This document shows, piece after piece, positions 25,669 to 39,513 of a stretch of 64,000 nucleotides of DNA. The notes below the pieces were generated by a model, which ran no database searches, had not been told where the DNA came from, and saw only the letters and a list, made by a program, of their open reading frames with translations. This DNA is from Octopus sinensis (Eukaryota), in the NCBI RefSeq assembly GCF_006345805.1, contig NC_043014.1:43648001-43712000 (forward strand), in the 5' to 3' direction. A program made the translations under genes and the position numbers. Positions within the stretch are counted from its first letter, which is position 1. Each line of letters opens with the position of its first letter.

Positions 25669-26025
25669 AGTGCATAAAACTGGAGCAACTTGAAATGAAG
25701 GGTTTTGCTCGAGAACACAATGTGCTGCTCTGTCCAGGTATTGAACCCACAACGTAGCGATCTTGAATGCAACACTCTAACCACTAGACCATGCCCCTTC
25801 ACACACACACATTTGTAAATTGATGTTTGTGTGATGGTTGCAAATGTGCATCATGATCATCATCATCATTATCATCAACAAGTGAGGATGTTCTCTTCTA
25901 GTCTTCCTATAAATAATGTCTGGCTCTCGTGAAAATATTACCTAGCTTTGAAACAGGTGAGGATTGGTGACAGGAAAGGCATCCGGCCGTAGAACATCTG
26001 CCTCAACTGTTTCTGTCTAACCCAT

Positions 26026-26428
26026 CATCATCATCATCATTGTTTGACCGTGGTCGAGACAATGGAATTTACCATGCTACGCCAGACTTCACGGTCCATC
26101 ATAGCATTACGGAGGTCCTGTTGCTGGATGCCTGTATCCCTGGAGATTACATCAGGGTAGGAGAGTGTGCGCCCTCTGGTATCGTGAGTAGATGGCTTCC
26201 AGAGGAGAAGAGTAGAAATTGCCTCGTTTTCAGCTCTACAACAATGTCCAGCAAACCTTTCACAAGAGATGACACAGGCGGTAGTTTCCCATATAATTGC
26301 ATTTTGGTTGGATGACGCTTCCACGAGAGATTTTGAGCTCTCATAAGGAGGCGAGTGTAGGTTCCATCCAACAGCCTCTCAAGCTTCTTTGATAACATCC
26401 AGGTTTCTGAGCCATATAGTAGAATTGG
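26026..26428 (-). mobile_element. 5'-truncated RTE-like LINE 3' end (ORF C-terminus, frameshifted)
   Basis: Peptides LLYGSETWMLSKKLERLLDGTYTRLLMRAQNLSWKRHPTK and FAGHCCRAENEAISTLLLWKP...MMDREVWRSMV, a (TGA)n tail, and a 12-bp TSD TGTCTAACCCAT (26014-26025 / 26429-26440). Confidence 0.9.
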
Positions 26429-27316
26429 TGTCTAACCCATGCCAGTATGGAGAAATTGACATGATAATGAAAACAGTATCCTGTTCGGTGGGGGGGGGGC
26501 AAGGAGGGAGAGGGAGCTAGGTGCACCTGACCTTGAATTCACATCATAGATAATGCGGAGTTCAAAGTTGAGTACCATTTTCCTCCAATCCTTTAAAGTA
26601 TGTTCTATTGAAATGCAAAGCTTCATTAAGTGTTGATTTGAAAAAGAAAAAAAAAAAGAAAAAGAAAAACTGTTCCCTTGGGGTCGAAAATTTGTTTGTC
26701 TGCTCTCATTGGTTGTAGGCTGGGTGGGAACTAATAGAATTAACTTCATTTATTCCAGAAGTAGGTCTCCGCTAAGGGGGAGGAGTTTGTTTAGCCTGAT
26801 TGAATGTTGATTTACAATGAAACTACATACAATCACTAGAATTAAAAGGGCATCACTAGCAGCAGCAGCAGTAGTAGTAGTAGTCGTCGTCGTCGTCTGC
26901 ATCAACAAGTGTCAGTTTGGTTCAGACACAAAGAATTATACCAACACACTGCTAAAATCATCAGAATGCTAGACAAAATGCTTAGTGGTATTTTGTCCAT
27001 CTTTCTGTTCTGAGTTCAAATTCCATTAAGGTTGATTTTTGCTTTTTAACATTTTGGGGTGGATGAAAATAAAGTGCCAATGAAGTACTGGGATCGATGT
27101 AATTCACTAGCCCTCATCCTCTGAATTGCTGGCTTTCTACCAAAATTTGAAATTATTATTATTATCGTTATATTTTCGTTATTATCTCTGGAATTTTTAC
27201 ACGTTTTTTTTTGCAAACGGACGAAACCCTTTGTAATTTTTGTCTTGTGATTTGTCCCTTTATGTTTTAATTAATTTTTGTCAGCCCTTGTGGCCAATAA
27301 ACGAATTAATTAATTA

Positions 27317-27361
<45 letters not shown>

Positions 27362-27860
27362 AATAATAATAGTAATAATAATATAATAATAATAATAATA
27401 ATAATAATGAGGAGGAGGAGGAGGAGGAGGTGATGAGCTGGCAGAATCATTAACATGCCAGGTGAAATGCTTAGCAGTATTTTGTCTACCGCTACGTTCT
27501 AAGTTCAAATCCCGCCAAAGTTGACTTTGCCTTTCGTCCTTTCGGTGTCGGTAAATTAAGTACCTGTGGGACACTGGGTTTGATGTAATTGACTATTCCC
27601 CTCCTCCAAAATTTCGGGCCTTGTGCCTATAGTGGAAAGGATTATTAACATCATTAAGGTTGCGAGCTGGCTGAGTTGTTAGCATGCTTGGCAAAATCCT
27701 TTACTTTTAATTCTAGTGATTTCTTCAAGTTTACGTTCTGTTTTCAAATGCTGCTCAGATCAATTTTGTCTTTCATCATTTTGGGGTCAATGAAATAGTA
27801 AGTCGAGTATCTCAGGCCTTGTGTCAATAGTAGAATGAATTATTATATTATTATTATTAT

Positions 27861-28220
27861 GCGTAGGGGTGGTTGTGTGGTAAGTAGCTTGCATGGCACC
27901 TTCTACTATAGCCTTGGGCTGACAAAAGCCTTGTGAGATGATTTAGTAGACAGAAACTGAAAGAAGCCCGTCGTATACATGTATATATATATATGTATGT
28001 GTTTGTGTGTCTGTGTTTGTGCCCCCCTCCCCCGCAAATCACTTGACAACCAATGCTGGTGTGTTTACATGCCTGTAACCTAGCGGTTCAGCAAAAGAGA
28101 CCAATAGAATAAGTACTGGGCTCACAAAGAATAAGTCCTGGGGTCGATTTGCTCAACTAAAGGCAGTGCTCCAGTATGGCCACAGTCAAATGACTGAAAC
28201 AAGTAAAAGAGAGTAAAGAG
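27861..28220 (+). mobile_element. SINE family A (internal deletion)
   Basis: Head and tail present, B-box region deleted. Confidence 0.8.
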
Positions 28221-28409
28221 TTATTATTATTATTATCATTATTATTATTATTATTATTTTTTTTTTTTTTTTTTTCTTTCAAATAATTACTTCAACTTTT
28301 GCCTGAAGCAAATCAGAGATAAATTTCTAACATTGTTTATTGGATTTTCTTTTTCTTTTCTTTTTTATTTAATTGCTTTGAATATTTTCATGTTATGTCA
28401 TATATATAG

Positions 28410-28507
28410 GAGTATTCTACCTACAAACATTGAAATTTACTTGTTTTCGTCTGTTGAAAGCTTTACTTGCATTTCTCACAACAAACAAGGAATCGGTGGA
28501 GTTGTTG
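28410..28507 (+). CDS. Candidate coding exon (VFYLQTLKFTCFRLLKALLAFLTTNKESVELL)
   Basis: AG acceptor, GTAAGC donor, amphipathic helix-like peptide (phase 1 to 0). A second frame is also open. Confidence 0.4.
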
Positions 28508-28586
28508 GTAAGCCTGCTGAAAAAATACACAGACAGTTCTTTGTCATTGTCTGTGCACTTTTTTTCAATTATTTTATATTATTATT

Positions 28587-28956
28587 GAGTGAGAGAGCAG
28601 TACATGCCATCAAAGTGAAACTGGGGTAAAATATACGAAGCCCAGTATACCCATCATGATTACCCGTCTGATAAGGGTACACCAGGTACTTGATTATTAT
28701 TATTTTATATTATTATTGAGTGACAGAGCAGTGCATGCCATCAAAGTGAAACTGGGGTAAAATATACGAAGCCCAGTATACCCATCATGATTACCCGTCT
28801 GATAAGGGTACACCAGGCACTTGATTATTATTATTATTATTATTATTATTAAGTGAGAGAGCAGTGCATGCCATCAAAGTGACACTGGGGTAAAATATAC
28901 GAAGCCCAGTATACCCATCATGATTACCCGTCTGATAAGGGTACACCAGGCACTTG

Positions 28957-28992
<36 letters not shown>

Positions 28993-30545
28993 GAGTGAGA
29001 GAGCAGTGCATGCCATCAAAGTGAAACTGGGGTAAAATATACGAAGCCCAGTATACCCATCATGATTACCCGTCTGATAAGGGTACACCAGGCACTTGAT
29101 TTTATTATTATTATTATTATATTATTGAGTGAGAGAGCAGTGCATATCATCAAAGTGAGACGGGGGTAAAATATACGAAGCCCAGTATACCCATCATGAT
29201 TACCCGTCGATAAGGGTACACCAGCACTTGTTATTTTATTATTATTATTATTATTGAGTGAGAGAGCAGTGCATATCATCAAAGTGAGACGGGGGTAAAA
29301 TATACGAAGCCCAGTATACCCATCATGATTACCCGTCTGATAAGGGTACACCAGGCACTTGATTATTATTATTATTATTATTATTATTATTGAGTGAGAG
29401 AGCAGTGCATATCATCAAAGTGAGACGGGGGTAAAATATACGAAGCCCAGTATACCCATCATGATTACCCGTCTGATAAGGGTACACCAGGCACTTTATT
29501 ATTATTATTATTATTATTATTATTGAGTGAGAGAGCAGTGCATATCATCAAAGTGAGACAGAGGTAAAATATACGAAGCCCAGTATACCCATCATGATTA
29601 CCCGTCTGATAAGGGTACACCAGGCACTTGATTATTATTATTATTATTATTATTATTGAGTGAGAGAGCAGTGCATATCATCAAAGTGAGACGGGGGTAA
29701 AATATACGAAGCCCAGTATACCCATCATGATTACCCGTCTGATAAGGGTACACACCATGCACTTGATTATTATTATTATTATTATTATTATTATTGAGTG
29801 AGAGAGCGTGCATATCTCATCAAAGTGAGACGGGGGTAATATACGAAGCCCAGTATACCCATCATGATATACCCGTCTGATAAGGGTAACACCAGCGCAC
29901 TTTATTATTATTATTATTATTATTATTATTGAGTGAGAGAGCAGTGCATATCATCAAAGTGAGACGGAGGTAAAATATACGAAGCCCAGTATACCCATCA
30001 TGATTACCCGTCTGATAAGGTACACCAGGCACTTGATTATTATTATTATTATTATTATATTGAGTGAGAGAGCAGTGCATATCATCAAAGTGAGACGGGG
30101 GTAAAATATACGAAGCCCAGTATACCCATCATGATTACCCGTCTGATAAGGTGTACACACAGGCACTTGATTATTATTATTAATATTATTATTATTATTA
30201 TTGAGTGAGAGAGCAGGGTCAATCATCACATGAGACGGAGGTAAAATATACGAAGCCCAGTATACCCATCATGATTACCCGTCTGATAAGGGTACACCAG
30301 GCACTTGATTATTATTATTATTATTATTATTATTGAGTGAGAGAGCAGTGCATATCATCAAAGTGAGACGGGGGTAAAATATACGAAGCCCAGTATACCC
30401 ATCATGATTACCCGTCTGATAAGGGTACACCAGGCACTTGATTATTATTATTATTATTATTATTATTATTGAGTGAGAGAGCAGTGCATATCATCAAAGT
30501 GAGACGGGGGTAAAATATACGAAGCCCAGTATACCCATCATGACT
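28587..30545 (-). repeat. Tandem array of 15 units (14 complete, 1 partial) of a ~105-bp retroelement 3' end separated by (ATT)n spacers
   Basis: Unit GAGTGAGAGAGCAGTGCAT...GGGTACACCAGGCACTTG starts at about 28587, 28718, 28851, 28993, 29127, 29256, 29392, 29525, 29658, 29796, 29931, 30062, 30203, 30335 and 30471. Period about 130-140 bp. Confidence 0.95.
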
Positions 30546-30933
30546 ATACCTGTCTGAATTCTCACTGCCAAAGAAAATACAACAGTGGAGCAGTCAGTTA
30601 TTTGGATCATATGGAAACCTACACCCTGTGATGACTTGTTTACAAAATATGAAGCTGTATACAGATTAGTTGATTGGTTGGTTGACTGGCTGGTTGGTTG
30701 GTAAAATGAGAAAATCAAATCACTTTGTTTGTCTATGAAGAAGATTGGGAATAGAATGGAATGATTGAGAGTGGAGGTGTGGATACAGGTGGCTTGACAT
30801 GGGTGACTGAACATTCAACTTGTTTTGGTGCTGGAGGCAGGTGCACGCGCATGCACACGTACACACACACACACACACACACACATACCAGCATTGTTTG
30901 TCAAACAATGTTTGGGGTGGGGAAACAAACACA

Positions 30934-30975
<42 letters not shown>

Positions 30976-32099
30976 CACAAACACATATATATATATACAA
31001 CGGGCTTCTTTCAGTTTCCGTCTACCAAATCCACTCACAAGGCTTTGGTCGGCCCGAGGCTATAGTAGAAATCATAGGCACATAGATTTCTGCATGCATG
31101 TACAGAAATATACACACATTGGCAGAGAGAGGGACTAAGAGATTACAATTTGTTAATTGAATATGATTGATATAATCATCTTCTCTCTACTCATACTCAT
31201 CATCATCATCATCTAATGTCTGTTTTCCATGCTGGCATGGGTTGGACGGTTCCACAGGAGCTGACCAGCTGAAGGGCTGTTCAGGCTCCAGCTGTCTGTT
31301 TTGGCATAACTTCTATGGCTGGATGCCCTTCCTAACACCAACCACTTTACAGAGCGTACTGGATACACACACACACACACACATATATATATACACACAC
31401 ATGCACACACACACACATACATATATATATCATCATCATCATCATCTTAGAAAGTGGACGCTAAACGATGATGATGATGATATATATATGTATGTGTGTG
31501 TGTATATATATCTATTTATATATGTGTGTATGTATATATATATATGTATGTGCGTATATATATATGTATATATATATGTATGTATATTTAAAACACATAA
31601 CAAAACTTATTAGACTAGCAGCTTACCAATTCAAGTTCTTCTCATTCATTCTGTTAGATACAGCAGTGGGTGGGTGGGAGTGAGGGTCGGGGATGGTTTG
31701 GGGCAGGACGGGGATACATCAGACAATACAATTTTAGGTACACTGTCTGTGCAGAAGGAAAAAAAAAAAAACAAGAAGAAAAGCCTATGGGATGTTTGCA
31801 ATTGAAATGCTTTTCTGATCATGGTTTTCTTTTACCCTGTCAGAATTGACCCAGGGTTAAACAAAAAGAGCAGCACCAGCAACAGCAGCAGCAATAATAA
31901 TCACTATCCTTATATTTAGTGAGTAACCCTTTCACCTTTTAACTGGTTTTAACTTGGCCCTATTGCAAATAATGGCATATAACTTTCTCTTGGCTCAGTC
32001 TGCCTGTCTGACCATTTGCTTCATTGTTCTCCCCCCTGCTTTTTTTTTTATGGTTGAATGGTTTGGTAGAAGCATAAAATCTGCATCTGAATGGTATCT

Positions 32100-34690
32100 G
32101 TCTGTCTGTCTGTCTGTCCATCTCTCTGTCCTCCCCACCTCTCTCTCTTTCTTTCTCTCCATCTACCTCTGTCTCTTTCTCTCTCTCTCTCCTCTCTCTC
32201 CATCTACCTCTGTCTCTTTCTCTCTCTCCATCTACTTCTGTCTCTTTCTCTCTCTCTCTCTCCATCTACCTCTGTCTCTTTCTCTCTCTCTCTCTCTCTC
32301 CTCTCTATCCATCTAACTCTGTCTCTTTCTCTCTCTCCATCTACCTCTGTCTCTTTCTCTCTCTCTCTCTCTCCATCTACCTCTGTCTCTTTCTCTCTCT
32401 CTTCTCTCTCTCTCTCTCTTCATCTACCTCTGTCTCTTTCTCTCAAACGCATTTATGGATAAATTGGATTGCAAAACTAATTACACACACACACACAGAC
32501 ACACACACACAAACATTTTTTTTTATGTTGCAAAGGAAGGAAGGGGGTGGGGTAGTTATTTTAATTTTCTGGAGTTTTTATTTTCATTGGAAACACCCTT
32601 TCATCTTCCAGCTACTATTTATGTCTCAGGACCTTGGCACTGGTCAAAGGTCACAGAGAGGAAAAGGACAAGGAGGAAGAGGGGTACTTTTCATCTCTTT
32701 TTTTTTTGTTTTACTTATCTAAACAGCTTTTTATTTTTATTTATTTATTTCCTTATTTTTAACCAAAACAAACTGCATTGTTGCTTTCTTGTTGTTTTTT
32801 TTTCCATTCAAACTCACCTTCTTCCTTTTTTTTTTAATATCCTTCAATTCTCCTAATATTTTTTTTCTCTTTTACCAAATGAAAAATATTCCATAAAAAA
32901 ACTCATTCTGTGATTCTTTCTCCCCTTCTCTCTCTCTCTGTATATATGTGTGTGTGTGTATGTGTGTATATATATGTATATATATATATATATATTATAT
33001 ATATATATATATATAATATATATATATATGTATATGTATATATATGTATATATGTATATGTATATATATGTATATGTGTATATGTATATATCTATATATG
33101 TATATATCTATATATGTAGATATATGTATATATTTGTGTATATATATATATGTATGTATATATATATATATATGTGTGTGTATATATATATGTATATATA
33201 TATATGTGTGTGTGTGTGTATATATATGTATATATATATGTATGTATATATGTATATATACCTTTATCTATATATCTATCTGCCTATCTCTCCCTCATTC
33301 TGTTTCTCTATCTCTTTCTCCATATATCTGTCTGTCTATCTATCTATCTTTATTCCTCCCCCTCCCTCACTCTCTCTCTCTCTCTCTTTCTCTCTCCTTC
33401 TCTCTGTCTTGCCATCCATCTATCAATTTTTTTCCCTTGTTTCAAAAATGTCCTTTCCTCTTTACCATCTCACTTTTACCCTTTCCTCTATCTCTTTCCC
33501 CTCTTCCTCTTCTCTCTCCTGTCTCTTTTTCTTTGCCTTTCTTCTCCCTGTCTTTCTTTTTTCCTTTCTCTCCCCTCTTTATCTCTCCATACAGCTACTT
33601 TCCCCTCTACATCCCACATTCTATCTTTATATGTTTCACTCCATCTCTCCTTTTCTATTCTCTCCTTCTCTCTTCTCTCAATCTCTTCCTATAAACTTGT
33701 GAAGGTGCATGGCTTAGTGGTTTGGGTATTCGGCTCATGATTCTAAGATCATGAGTTCAATACACGGCAGTGTTTTGTGTCCTTGAGCAAGACTCTTTTA
33801 TCTCATGTTGCTCCAGTCCACTCACCTGGCAAAAATGAGACGTACCTGTATTCTGAAAGGGCCACCTTTGTAAATACTCTGTGTCACTCTGAATCTCCCT
33901 GAGAACTACTTTATGGGTATGTGTGTCTATGGGGTGCACAGCCACTTGCATGTTTATTTCACAAGCTGGCTGTCCTGGTGATGGGATCAAATGGGACACT
34001 TTCCTCCATTGCTCTTTTGGTTCTACTCTCTCTTTATTTCTCTTTTTTCTTCAACTTTTTGCTCTGTTTTCTTTATTTCACCATCTGTCTGTCTGTCTGT
34101 CTGTCTCCATGTCTCTCTGCCTGACTGTCTGTCTGTGTCTGCCTGCCTCTGTTTTTCTCTCTTTCTGCTTCTCTCACTCTCTCTGTATTTCTGTCTGTCT
34201 CTCTTTCTGACTATCTCTCACTCTCTCTGTATTTCTGTCTATTGCTCTTTCTGCCTCTCTCACTCTCTCTCTGTATTTCTATCTGTCTCTCTGTCTTTCC
34301 CTTCTATCACTCTTGTTTCTTTCTCCCTCTCTTTCTGCCTATCTCTCTCTCCACCTCTCTAACTCTCTCTGTCTTTCTACCTTTCTCTACTATCACTCTT
34401 GTTTCTCTCTCTCTCTCCACCTCTCTTACTCTCTCTGTCTTTCTACCTTTCTCTTCTATCACTCTTGTTTCTCTCTCTCCCTTTCTCCTGCATCTCTACC
34501 TCTCCTCTATCACCGTTTCTGTTTTTTTTTTCTTTTTTCCTCAACTTATTCATTTTACTCTCTCCTTTAGCCCTTCCCCTTATTTCTCTTTCATCTCTCT
34601 CCGGTTTCTCCCCCCCCCTCTTTCATTCTCCTTCATCTTTTTTTCTAATATTCCACCTTTGTCCCCCCTCTTTTCTCTACCTTTCTCCTA
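32100..34690. repeat. Polypyrimidine and TA/TG compound microsatellite zone
   Basis: ~30-bp CTCTCCATCTACCTCTGTCTCTTT units at 32130-32445, (TA/TG)n at 32940-33260, CT-rich tracts at 33280-33690 and 34000-34690. Confidence 0.9.
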
Positions 34691-35882
34691 CCTTAACCAC
34701 CACAATAACATCTAAGCTAAAACACTTCTAAGTTTTGTCTTAGTGTCTCAACATGCTAGAATTAGCAGCCAAGTCTTCCTCACCCTACTGACATTAAAAA
34801 AACACAAAAAAAACGATAATAAAGTTGGCTTAATATGATCATGGGTTCCTTTCAGATAGAAAAATGTTGGAATAGTCACAACAGGAATGCTTTTGATCAC
34901 ATCAATCCTCATCAGTCAGACCTAGGGCTAAAGAAAAGCACTGGCAACAACTACAAAGACAGACTCTGACAACTCTTTCTTTTACTCATTTTCATCATTG
35001 AACTGTGGTCATGCTGGGGCACCACCCTAAAGGGTTCATTCAAATGAATCAACTCCTAGTAAATGTTTTTACGGTTTGGTACTTATTCTATCAGTCTCTC
35101 CCTCTGTGTGTGTGTGTATTGTATAGGTATATGATGGGTTTCCTCACAGTTTCTTATTTCTTTACTACCCACAAGGGACAAACAAGGACAAATGGATTAA
35201 GTTGATTATATCAACTCCAGTGCGTAACTGGTACTTATTTAATCGACCCCATAAGTATGAAAGGCAAAGTTGACCTCGGTGGAATTTGAACTCAGAACGT
35301 AGCAGCAGATGAAATACCACTAAGCATTTCACCTGGCATGCTAACGTTTATGCCAGCTTGCCGCCCTCCACACAGCTTCTCATTTCTTTATTGCCCACAA
35401 GGGGCCAAACATAGAGGGGAAAAACAAGGACAGACAGACCCAATAAGGATGAAAGGCAAAGTCGACCTCAGCGGACCGCTATGCATTTTGCCTGGCCTGC
35501 TCGCCGCCCTCCACACAGTTTCTTGCAAGGTACTGGTAGGCCCTGGGCTATTAGTAGCAGACACTTGTCCAAGATGCCAAGAAGTGGGATTGAACCTGAA
35601 ACCTTGTGAGTGCAAAGTAAGCTTCTTAAAACTCTACAGCCCTGTGCCTGCACCTATGAGCCATGCCTATAGTAATCAAAAATTATAATTTATGCCCCGT
35701 GTATTTGTTTTGTTGGTTCCTTTCTATTCCACTGTTATTAACTCAGTTCAGGGCAGGGTAGGTGAAGGGATTCATATCTCCCTTATCCCTACCATAAATA
35801 ACAACCCCTACCCATCCCTCAATGTTAAGGGTGAGCAACATATATCTGTATATATTCTCTTTCCCTTCCTTCATATATATAT

Positions 35883-35925
<43 letters not shown>

Positions 35926-36256
35926 GTATATATATATTTATATATATATATGTATATATATATATATGTATATATATATGTATATATATGTATATATGTA
36001 TGTATATATATATGTATATATATATGTGTATATATATATATATTTATATGTGTATATATATGTATATATATATATGTGTGTGTATATATATATATATACA
36101 GAGAGAGAGAGAGACACACACACACACACATCTACCTTGAAAAGTAATCTGTTCAATAGAATGGTTAAGCCTTGACCCAAATCTCTCTCTCTCTCTTTCT
36201 CTTTCACCCCCATCCTTTCCCTCATTTTACTTCCTTCTCTGTTTTTCTTCCCCTCT

Positions 36257-36292
<36 letters not shown>

Positions 36293-36671
36293 CACTACTC
36301 TCCTCCCTCCCTCCCTTTCTCTTCCCCATGTTAGCTGTTGTCTCTCATCACTCGAAGAAGCAACAATTGCCTTTTGCATAACCAACAATTTGCGCCTGTG
36401 TAATTTATCATGTTAGCAGCAGCTTGTCTGATGTTCACTGACCTTAGGGAACCTCATCAAGTCTAATCTTAACTACATTCTAAAATGCTTTTAGTCTTCA
36501 CACAAATCCCAAGCAACCAATATTATAAAAGTAAATTGTTGTTGCTGTTGCTCTTGTTGTTGTTGTCAATTATTTTGTCAGCTTTTTGTTGTTGTTGTTT
36601 AGCCCCGGGTCAGCTCGATTGAAGCGACCTCATGATCAAAGATAAAGACGGCCTGTTCTTTTATCCAGATA

Positions 36672-37100
36672 GGCGCAGGAGTGGCTGTGTGGTAAGTAGC
36701 TTGCTAACCAACCACATGGTTCCGGGTTCAGTCCCACTGCGTGGCATCTTGGGCAAGTGTCTTCTGCTATAGTCCCGGGCCGACCAATGCCTTGTGAGTG
36801 GATTTGGTAGACGGAAACTGAAAGAAGCCTGTCGTATATATATGTATATATATATTTATATAAGTGTGTGTGTGTGTATGTTTGTGTGTCTGTGTTTGTC
36901 CCCCCTAGCATTGCTTGACAACCGATGCTGGTGTGTTTACGTCCCCGACACTTAGCGGTTCGGCAAAAGAGACCGATAGAATAAGTACTGGGCTTACAAA
37001 AGAATAAGTCCCGGGGTCGATTTGCTCGACTAAAGGCGGTGCTCCAGCATGGCCGCAGTCAAATGACTGAAACAAGTAAAAGAAAAGAAAAAGAATAAAA
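36672..37100 (+). mobile_element. SINE family A, full length
   Basis: Full match, close to the 9781 and 38586 copies. Confidence 0.9.
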
Positions 37101-37169
37101 GAATACTGCATGTGTTCCGGTGTGTTTATCCTGTGAGATATTCCACTTCGTTTTAGGGCAAGTAGATTG

Positions 37170-38400
37170 TTAATTTGAGGGAGATTTGGTTGCTATTTCT
37201 AACAACTTCGTTGCTTACATTGCCCAGTCTTTTAACTAGATTGACATGAGCATATATGCAAGAATTTTTATCCAATAAAATCTTCATTTATTTTCAAGGC
37301 AGTAAAAGTCTTTGATATGAGGGAGATTTGGCTACTGTTTTAAGAATGATAGGAATACTAGAATGGTAAGCTTCAACTGTATAGCTGCTTCTTTACCATG
37401 TCTTTTAACCAAAAAGGCATGTATGCAATAATATTTATTCAGTAAAATCACTTTTTTTCAAGGCAGTACACAGTGTTGATATGAGGGAGATTTGGCTACT
37501 GTTTTAAGAATGGTAGGAATACTAGAATGGTAAGCTTCAACTGTATAGCTGCTTCTTTACCCTGTCTTTTAACCAAAAAGGCATGTATGCAATAATATTT
37601 ATTCAGTAAAATCACTTCTTTTCAAGGCAGTACACAGTGTTGATATGAGGGAGATTTGACTACTGTTTCTAACAGACATGGCATATCTTTATATATAAAA
37701 GTCAAGTTGTGTGTCTGTCTCCTACGATTTAGATTCCTAACTACTCCCACATTTTGCGGTGCAGTTTAACCAAAACCGGGTATCTTATAGTCGTGATTCA
37801 TATGGAGCCCTTCTTGGTATTAGCGTGCATCTACGATGAGTCTACGATTTAAAAAAAAAATTACCATCATTTTTTTCCACTTTCATGCATTTTTCACTAT
37901 TATATAAGGGAAGTAGCTCTCTAAAAATGTCTACGATGAGTCAACGATTTAAAAAAAAATTTACCATCATTTTTTCCCCATTTTTAATGCATTTTTTTGC
38001 TATTTTTTGGCTATAACTCTCTAAAGATGCTTATATAGTTATTTCCCTTACAAACCCAAGCAACGCTGGGCGATACTGCTAGTATGCAATAATATTTGTC
38101 CAATAAAATTTTCATGGCAGTAGTGTTTGATATGAGGAAGATTTGGCTATTGTTTCTAACAGCTTGACTCACTGCATAGATGCTTCTTCACCTGGTCTTT
38201 TAGCCAGACATGGCATACATGCAATTATATTTACCCAATAAAATCTTCACTTCTTTTCAAGGCAGTAGAGTGTTTGATATGAGGGAGATTTGACTACTGT
38301 TTCTAACAGTTTGACTGACTGTGTAGATGCTTCTCTGTTGTGGATTTTTTAAGGGGTGATAATCGAAGAATGGTAGAAATACTAGAATGGTAAGCTTCAT
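37170..38400. repeat. Degenerate ~145-165-bp satellite (6 anchors)
   Basis: GAGG(G/A)AGATTTG anchor at about 37177, 37319, 37483, 37647, 38134 and 38281. Confidence 0.8.
37686..38082 (+). mobile_element. Non-autonomous Helitron (same family) inserted in a satellite unit
   Basis: A|TC start and CTAG|T end. The empty site can be reconstructed from neighbouring units. Confidence 0.85.
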
Positions 38401-38585
38401 CTTCCTTGTAATACATCTTCATTTATAATTTCTTCATTTTATGCCAAGAGTTCAAATCCTACCAGATTTAATTTATCCCTAAAGAATTTAGCAAGAGTTC
38501 TGCAGTCTGATGGAAATTCCAAGTTCTTTACAATAATAACACCCTGTCTAAATACCCCCAACCAAAAATAAATAAATAAAAGCAT

Positions 38586-38762
38586 GCGCAGGAGTGGCTG
38601 TATGGTAAGTAGCTTGCTAACCAACCACATGGTTCTGGGTTCAGTCCCACTGCGTGGCATCTTGGGCAAGTGTCTTCTGCTATAGCCCCGGGCCGACCAA
38701 TGCCTTGTGAGTGGATTTGGTAGCCAGAAACTGAAAAGAAGCCCGTCGTATGTATGTATATA

Positions 38763-38804
<42 letters not shown>

Positions 38805-39037
38805 GTGTGTTTGTGTGTGTTTGTGTGTCTGTGTTTGTCCCCCTAGCATTGCTTGACAACCGATGCTGGTGTGTTTACGTCCCCGACACTTAGCAATGCG
38901 GCAAAAGAGACCGATATAATAAGTACTGGGCTTACAAAGAATAAGTCGCGGGGTCAATTTGCTCGAACTAAAGGCGGTGCTCCAGCATGGCCGCAGTCAA
39001 ATGACTGAAACAAGTAAAAGAGAGTAAAGAGAGAGAG
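38586..39037 (+). mobile_element. SINE family A, full length
   Basis: Full match. Confidence 0.9.
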
Positions 39038-39130
39038 TATGCGCTTCCTTAGGAAACAGAGAGACTTAGTTTGAGTTATTGTAAAGAACCAGAAGTTTAA
39101 TCATCAAACTGCAGTTGTTAAAAGCTCAGT

Positions 39131-39513
39131 GGAAGCACTCCGTCGGTTACGACGATGAGGGTTCCGGTTGATCCGAATCAACGGAACAGCCTGCTCGTGA
39201 AATTAACGTGTAAGTGGCTGAGCACTCCAAAGACACGTGCACCCTTAATGTAGTTCTCGGGGATATTCAGTGTGACACAGAGTGACAAGGCCGGCCCCTT
39301 GAAATACAGGTACAACAGAAACAGGAAGTAAGAGTGAGAGAAAGTTGTGGTGAAAGAGTACAGCAGGGATCACCACCATCCCCTGCCGGAGCGTCGTGGA
39401 GCATTTAGGTGTTTTCGCTCAATAAACACTCACAACGCCCGGTCTGGGAATCGAAACCGCGATCCTACGACTGCGAGTCCGCTGCCCTAACCACTGGGCC
39501 ATTGCGCCTTCAC
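39131..39513 (-). mobile_element. Full-length tRNA(Arg)-like SINE with 12-bp TSD
   Basis: Head GGCGCAATGGCCCAGTGGTTAGGGCAGCGGACTCGCAGTC...GGTTTCGATTCCC with A/B boxes and TCG at the anticodon position. TSD TAAAAGCTCAGT at 39119-39130 and 39514-39525. Confidence 0.9.

Noticed and set aside
28587-30545. CRISPR-like repeat-spacer architecture
   Set aside because: The repeats are about 105 bp, the spacers are pure ATT microsatellite rather than unique sequence, the context is eukaryotic, and there are no cas genes.
38439-38957. 172-aa minus-strand ORF and many similar MPRSGTEPGTMWLVSKLL ORFs
   Set aside because: These are antisense readings of SINE A. The unique tail (QGVIIVKNLEFPSDCRTLAKFFRDKLNL) is too short to support.
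39430-39513. Genuine tRNA gene (also the heads of SINE families A, B and C)
   Set aside because: The heads run directly into SINE bodies, lack a proper acceptor stem or terminator, and are multi-copy with TSDs.
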